Below, in pieces: positions 59,319 to 64,000 of a stretch of 64,000 bases of DNA (position 1 is the stretch's first letter; each line of letters opens with the position of its first letter). The DNA comes from Macrostomum lignano (Eukaryota). The translations under genes were made by a program, and so were the position numbers. Location: assembly GCA_002269645.1 (NCBI GenBank), contig NIVC01001174.1, positions 75,087 to 139,086 on the forward strand. The letters run 5' to 3'. Under the pieces are notes generated by a model. That model saw only the letters and a program-made list of their open reading frames with translations, had not been told where the DNA came from and made no database searches.

Positions 59319-62300
59319 TCATTCGGCAAACTCGGACGAGACGCACCGTTCGACGCCCTCCGCTCCCTGCAGAGCCCGCGCCGCCTGCTCCGCTCCGAAG
59401 ACCTCAGTCGGAACCCGCGGTCGGCTGCGGTCGCTCGGGTACCGACAGTCGTCCACCATGGCGCCCGCCAGGTCGGCAACGTGACCAGCCAGGCTGCTCT
59501 GCAGGTCGCTGCTCGAGACGCAGCTCAGATGCTGGCTCAGCTGGTGGCTGCGCTCGATGGGCTGACCCTGTCTCAGCAGCAACGCCTTGAGTGCCTTCTC
59601 AGTAGCCTGCCAGCTGATGTAGCAGGCCCAGTTGTACTCTCCGGCCTCAGCCAATCGGGATGCCGAGCGAACGTCGTGCCGCGCCGTCTTCAGGTACCTC
59701 GCAGCATCGTCAGGCGACGTTTGGCAAAGTTTGCGCCGCCTGAACTGCAGTAATAACTGCCAGACCGGCCAGGGTAGCGGAAAGCGCCGCCGCTACCGCC
59801 GGCACCGCTGCTCCAGCCTCCTCCTCCGTAGCTTCTTGATCGCATGGTGACGACAACTTCCTCTGCGATGAGAATCTGTCGTACCTGGTAACCCGAGCTG
59901 TCTGCTCTCGCCATCCACCAATGCACTGATCGAACTGTCGGGTCCATACATGATTAGCAGCGCGAGTTCGTATCTGGTTGAATGACTCATCCGAGTTCGA
60001 GTAGTGAGCCAGTATGCGCTGAAAAATCTGATGCTGCTGCTTTGTCGGCAGGGAAGCTGCGCTGCTCAGCAGATGATCCACCGTTGTTGCAACGTCCTCA
60101 CCATTATTTTGGTTAGCTTGGGCGAAAGACCGCTCTTCAAAGGAGAAAAGCGCAGACATTGAAACTCTTAGTTTTGAGCCTCCACCGAATTCAATAGTAA
60201 ACTCGCTAGTCCACGGGTTATCGCTGCCACCAGGGTGTCTTTCCACTACCCGAGCGTAAACAAGTCTTCCATCGCCATTTCTGTAAGCCACAATTGGTTC
60301 ACAATGTCCCTTGGTCTATCGGCAGTTGCTTCAGTAGACACTGCTCAAACTCCGGTACAGGTTCACCGAGCATTGAGTCATCGGTTGCGCTTGGCTCTGC
60401 AAAATGCTGCTCACTGGTCTGGTGCAGTGCAATTCCTAGTCCGTGCAGAACGGCTAGCATGCTGTCTGGACTGTCCATAAGAAGCACCTGAATTAAACAA
60501 CTTTTCTGCTCTGGCAAAATGTTGACACCGTTATTCAAAACCTGCATTATAATTTTGATAAATTCCATCTGCCACAGCTGCCTTCGGTCACCGCTCATCT
60601 CGTCCGGAATCGTAGAGTGATTCATGAGAATCCGCTGCCCATCCAGAAAGAAGTTCTTGTCCTGCCCCGAGTCCTGCTGCTCGACACCATCCAGAAGCAG
60701 GCACGTACGCAACTCGGAAAGACACACAACGAGAAGCGAGATATCAGAGATTTCACTGCAGCCAGTCGCTCGTCTCCTTTGCCAGAAAGATCCTTGTTGC
60801 CATGCAGCATGATGCTTACGATGCACAGGTGCAGCACTGGGTGGCTCAACTTAGCTTGCAGACCGAGTAGGGACTCACAGCGCTCACCATCGCTGCACAA
60901 CTTATTGGTGTCTGAAAGCAGCCTCTCGCTTACGTTGTCGCTCAGTTTCTTCAGGCCCATGTCGGCTGCGAGATGAAAGTACAGCCTCTGAAGCTTGTCA
61001 GTGCCCAGCTTGCAGAAGCTCAGATCAAGGAACTCTACATCCTGTGCGTCCACCAATCGATTGTTGTGCACCTCTGAGTCGTTGATGGTCAGACACCTGC
61101 AGTCTACCAGTTCGAAAGCGGCTTCCGTGCTGCTGTCTTGATGCTGACTTCTTTTAGGCAGGAAGAGCACTCTGTCGGACTGGAACTGGAGCCTGCCCCC
61201 CGCTCCAGCAGCACTATGATACTCGATAGACAGTGCGAAACTGAGTTCAGCTGCTCTGCACGAAGCGAGCCTTGCTGCTCATTCTGAATCAGTTCCAATG
61301 CAAGTCGAAGTTGCTCGATTGTGGCAGACTTTGTAGCTCCCAGTTTTGCAAACAGCTTGCGGAACTGTGAAAATTCTTGAGGACACTCGTAGATGTAAGG
61401 CAGAATAGCAGAGTTTTTATCGTGAGTAATTCTGCTAGCTGATATAAAAAATGATTTACATGTATAGCCTTCGGTTTTGATTAGCACACACGGAATATCT
61501 TTCAGAAATTTAATTGACTGAAATGCCGTAAAAAGCATAATGGTACTCAGCCTTGAGTACACGGAATTCATGACATGACTTCTCAGTGCTGCAACTTCGC
61601 TTCGAAGATCAGCTGACGTGAAGGTCGCTGCAGAGAAAAGGTTGACAACGTGGCGCAGAAAAATGGCATCAGAAACTGGCATCGCTGAGTTTGCAAAGCA
61701 GCTGCCCTGGCCAACACAGCTCGGTCCGTAGGGCACGGCCGTCCAGCAGAGGAAGCGAGCCTCGAACAGGGCGCACTGGGACAGACTCGCCATTCGAAGT
61801 CGTTCGCTCTGACAAAGCCTCTGAAGAGCGCCGTCGCTGTTGGCTACAATAAATTGAATTCCTGCCAGTTGTCGGACTACATGTTCGGTTATCTCTTTGC
61901 GGAATTTATAGCTGTCGATAAACTTGATCAGAGCTTCCGATTTCTTAGATAATTCATCTGTGATACCACTGGCTCCTTCTGTTTGCAGCTCACTGGCGAA
62001 GCTGATGGCAATTGCGGCCGTGCATTCCAAGATTAGACCGGAAAATTTCATCAGCGTTCTCCATCGCTCTTCATTGTACGGCGTTGGCAAGAAAAATTGT
62101 GGCTGAAGTAGCTTCTGAAAAATGTTTACTCTGCTATCATAAAACGTGTTGACGCTCCGCCATTGTCCGTCAAACGGAATGAGTTTGGCTGTGCTGAGAG
62201 ACTGACTGAGCATTTGAAACTTGTCAGGGTCCTCCACTTGAACTCTTTCGAACTTCCAGCTCAGCTTTAGAAGTTTTTCGAGATGCTTTTTCGAGTGTTG

Positions 62301-64000
62301 TCGGTGAATTTGGAGAACAATGGCAGGATAAACCTGGCATAAACCTCAAGCTCTGCCATCTCGTCGCATTGAAGCTTTTCGTACAGCATCGTGAGAGACC
62401 AGTTTGCCTTCAAGAAGATGACCCGGCTGGAGCTCTTCCACTCGTCCATCTCGTCGGCCACGAGCGATGCCGGCAAGATGCAGGCCTGTTCAGAGTTGAG
62501 AGCGCAGCAACGACCGTCAGAATGTGACAAACACCGGTAATTGACGCACTCTTGCAAGGAGGTTCTGCTCTCCCATTCTCTTACTTAGCTCTCCCCAGTT
62601 GCTCTGAATGTACACCAAAAAGCTCACAGCTTGCTTCTCAGTGGTCGCAGATCTCTCAGCGTTCTCATTTAGAGCGAACTCCATCACTCTCAGCATGGAC
62701 TCGGGCTGTCTGACGTTGCCACACAGACTGCCGACCAGCTTCAAGCCCATCCTGCTGAGCGAGGGAGCGTTGAGCTGCTGCAGAGACTCCTCGACTGCTT
62801 TGCTGCAGTCATCGAGACCGAATCTGATTGGCTCATAAATACAGGGCGCCAGTGAGAGGCTTGCAAAGCGAGACTGGCTGACAGGAATCAGTGTGCGCTG
62901 CCCAGTCCTGAAGAGGATAACGTTTGCATTGGTGCATTCTTATTAGTGCATTTGTTGTCTAGAAACTCCCACACTCGATTCAACCATTGTTCGAGAAACT
63001 CGGCTTCAGTACTAAACTCCCAATTCGATACGTAGTCAGTACGAGACATGCAGACTGCGGCATGCTCTCTGTGCAAAAGAGTGCGAAAATCCATCAGCTG
63101 AAACTTTTTACACAACTGTCCCTGGCATAGATTGATTTTCTTCTTCAGATCGAGCTGAAGTGAAACTTTCTTGTGCACAAACTCGTGCTTTGCTTCGCTG
63201 TGTGAAAACAAGTCGTGGAATTGAGTGAGAAACAGAGGCGTCGATCCATTGCCAAACTCAGTGAGTCGGTTACCGGCTCCTAAATTCAAGGCACTCCGAT
63301 GAGATGCTGCACCTCGTCTTGTAGTTCATCAAGCAGATATGCGAGCAGGCTTCAACGGCTTCTGGGGTTTGAAATGATGTCGCGCTCACATCACTCGGCA
63401 ACGAATCTCGAAGTCGCTTGCACGCTGGACCCCTGAGAAATGCGCAAATGGACACAGCATCAGCCAAAGGGGTGAATTCCAGCTGGCTCGACTCAAGCGA
63501 CTGACGAAGGCCTATATAATCCGGGACCATGATGGGAAATCGCAGTTTACTCAGAACGTTCTGAAGATACTCGGTCAAATTGTTCGGAGTCAGGAATGCA
63601 GCACTACCGCTGACATCACCTGAGCTCTGTGCTAGCGGCAACCACTTCTGCTGTTTTTCAAGTACAGAGTGCACAGGGAAGATTGCCCACCGAAATCGAA
63701 AGGCGTTTTGGAAGACAAGCTTTGCAAGCTGGCCCCACAGCGTCTGATTGCTTGCGTGGTACTCTGGAAGAAGGCTGTAGAAGTGGTGTACGCTCTGCAC
63801 ATTCGGATAAACTGCTTTTGCTGCTTCGAGTAGACTGCCGTAGCAGTCAGGCAGAAGCTGAGTGGCCAGCACTTGGTTCCATTGCTCCTTGACATCTACA
63901 GCTCCATCGCCTTCCACAGAGATCTGCGCGATGGGTCCATAATGAAGTGACCATTCACGTGTACAGGAAGTGCAGTCGTCACAGGCAATGGCAGCAGACA
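59319..64000 (-). pseudogene. SACS: Sacsin-like copy C, 3' half (runs off the window), near-identical to copy B but with many 1-bp indels
   Basis: Colinear with B 43221-47910. HEPN intact at 59319-59700. Frame breaks near 59720, 59880, 60315, 60730, 61195, 62290, 62520, 62890, 63290 and 63348 are real decay or sequencing error. Confidence 0.8.

Overview
Animal nuclear DNA with spliceosomal introns, GC-rich exons and AT- or satellite-rich introns. The style resembles a free-living flatworm such as Macrostomum, but that is inference only. Left third (1-21 kb): an intron-containing P-element-type transposase, a multi-exon ankyrin-repeat gene, SINE/LINE/integrase relics, a complete 3-exon Cdc42-like Rho GTPase, and a highly atypical G-protein alpha subunit (switch I Thr and DxxGQ motif lost, about 165-aa helical-domain insertion). 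Right two-thirds (23-64 kb): a head-to-tail tandem array of three sacsin-like genes on the minus strand. Copies A and B have about 8.9 kb intronless coding regions; copy C is partial. Architecture is two GHKL/Hsp90-like ATPase repeats, an HPD-less J-like segment and a C-terminal HEPN domain. The copies are sequence mosaics, and all three are interrupted within about 30 codons of the same position. The spacers carry a Gypsy LTR element lacking RT/RNase H, three hAT elements with 8-bp TSDs, a Tc1/mariner relic and satellites. Exon models, alignments and identities were worked out by eye, and reference sequences are quoted from memory. Many 1-bp homopolymer indels, mainly in copy C, may be long-read consensus errors.
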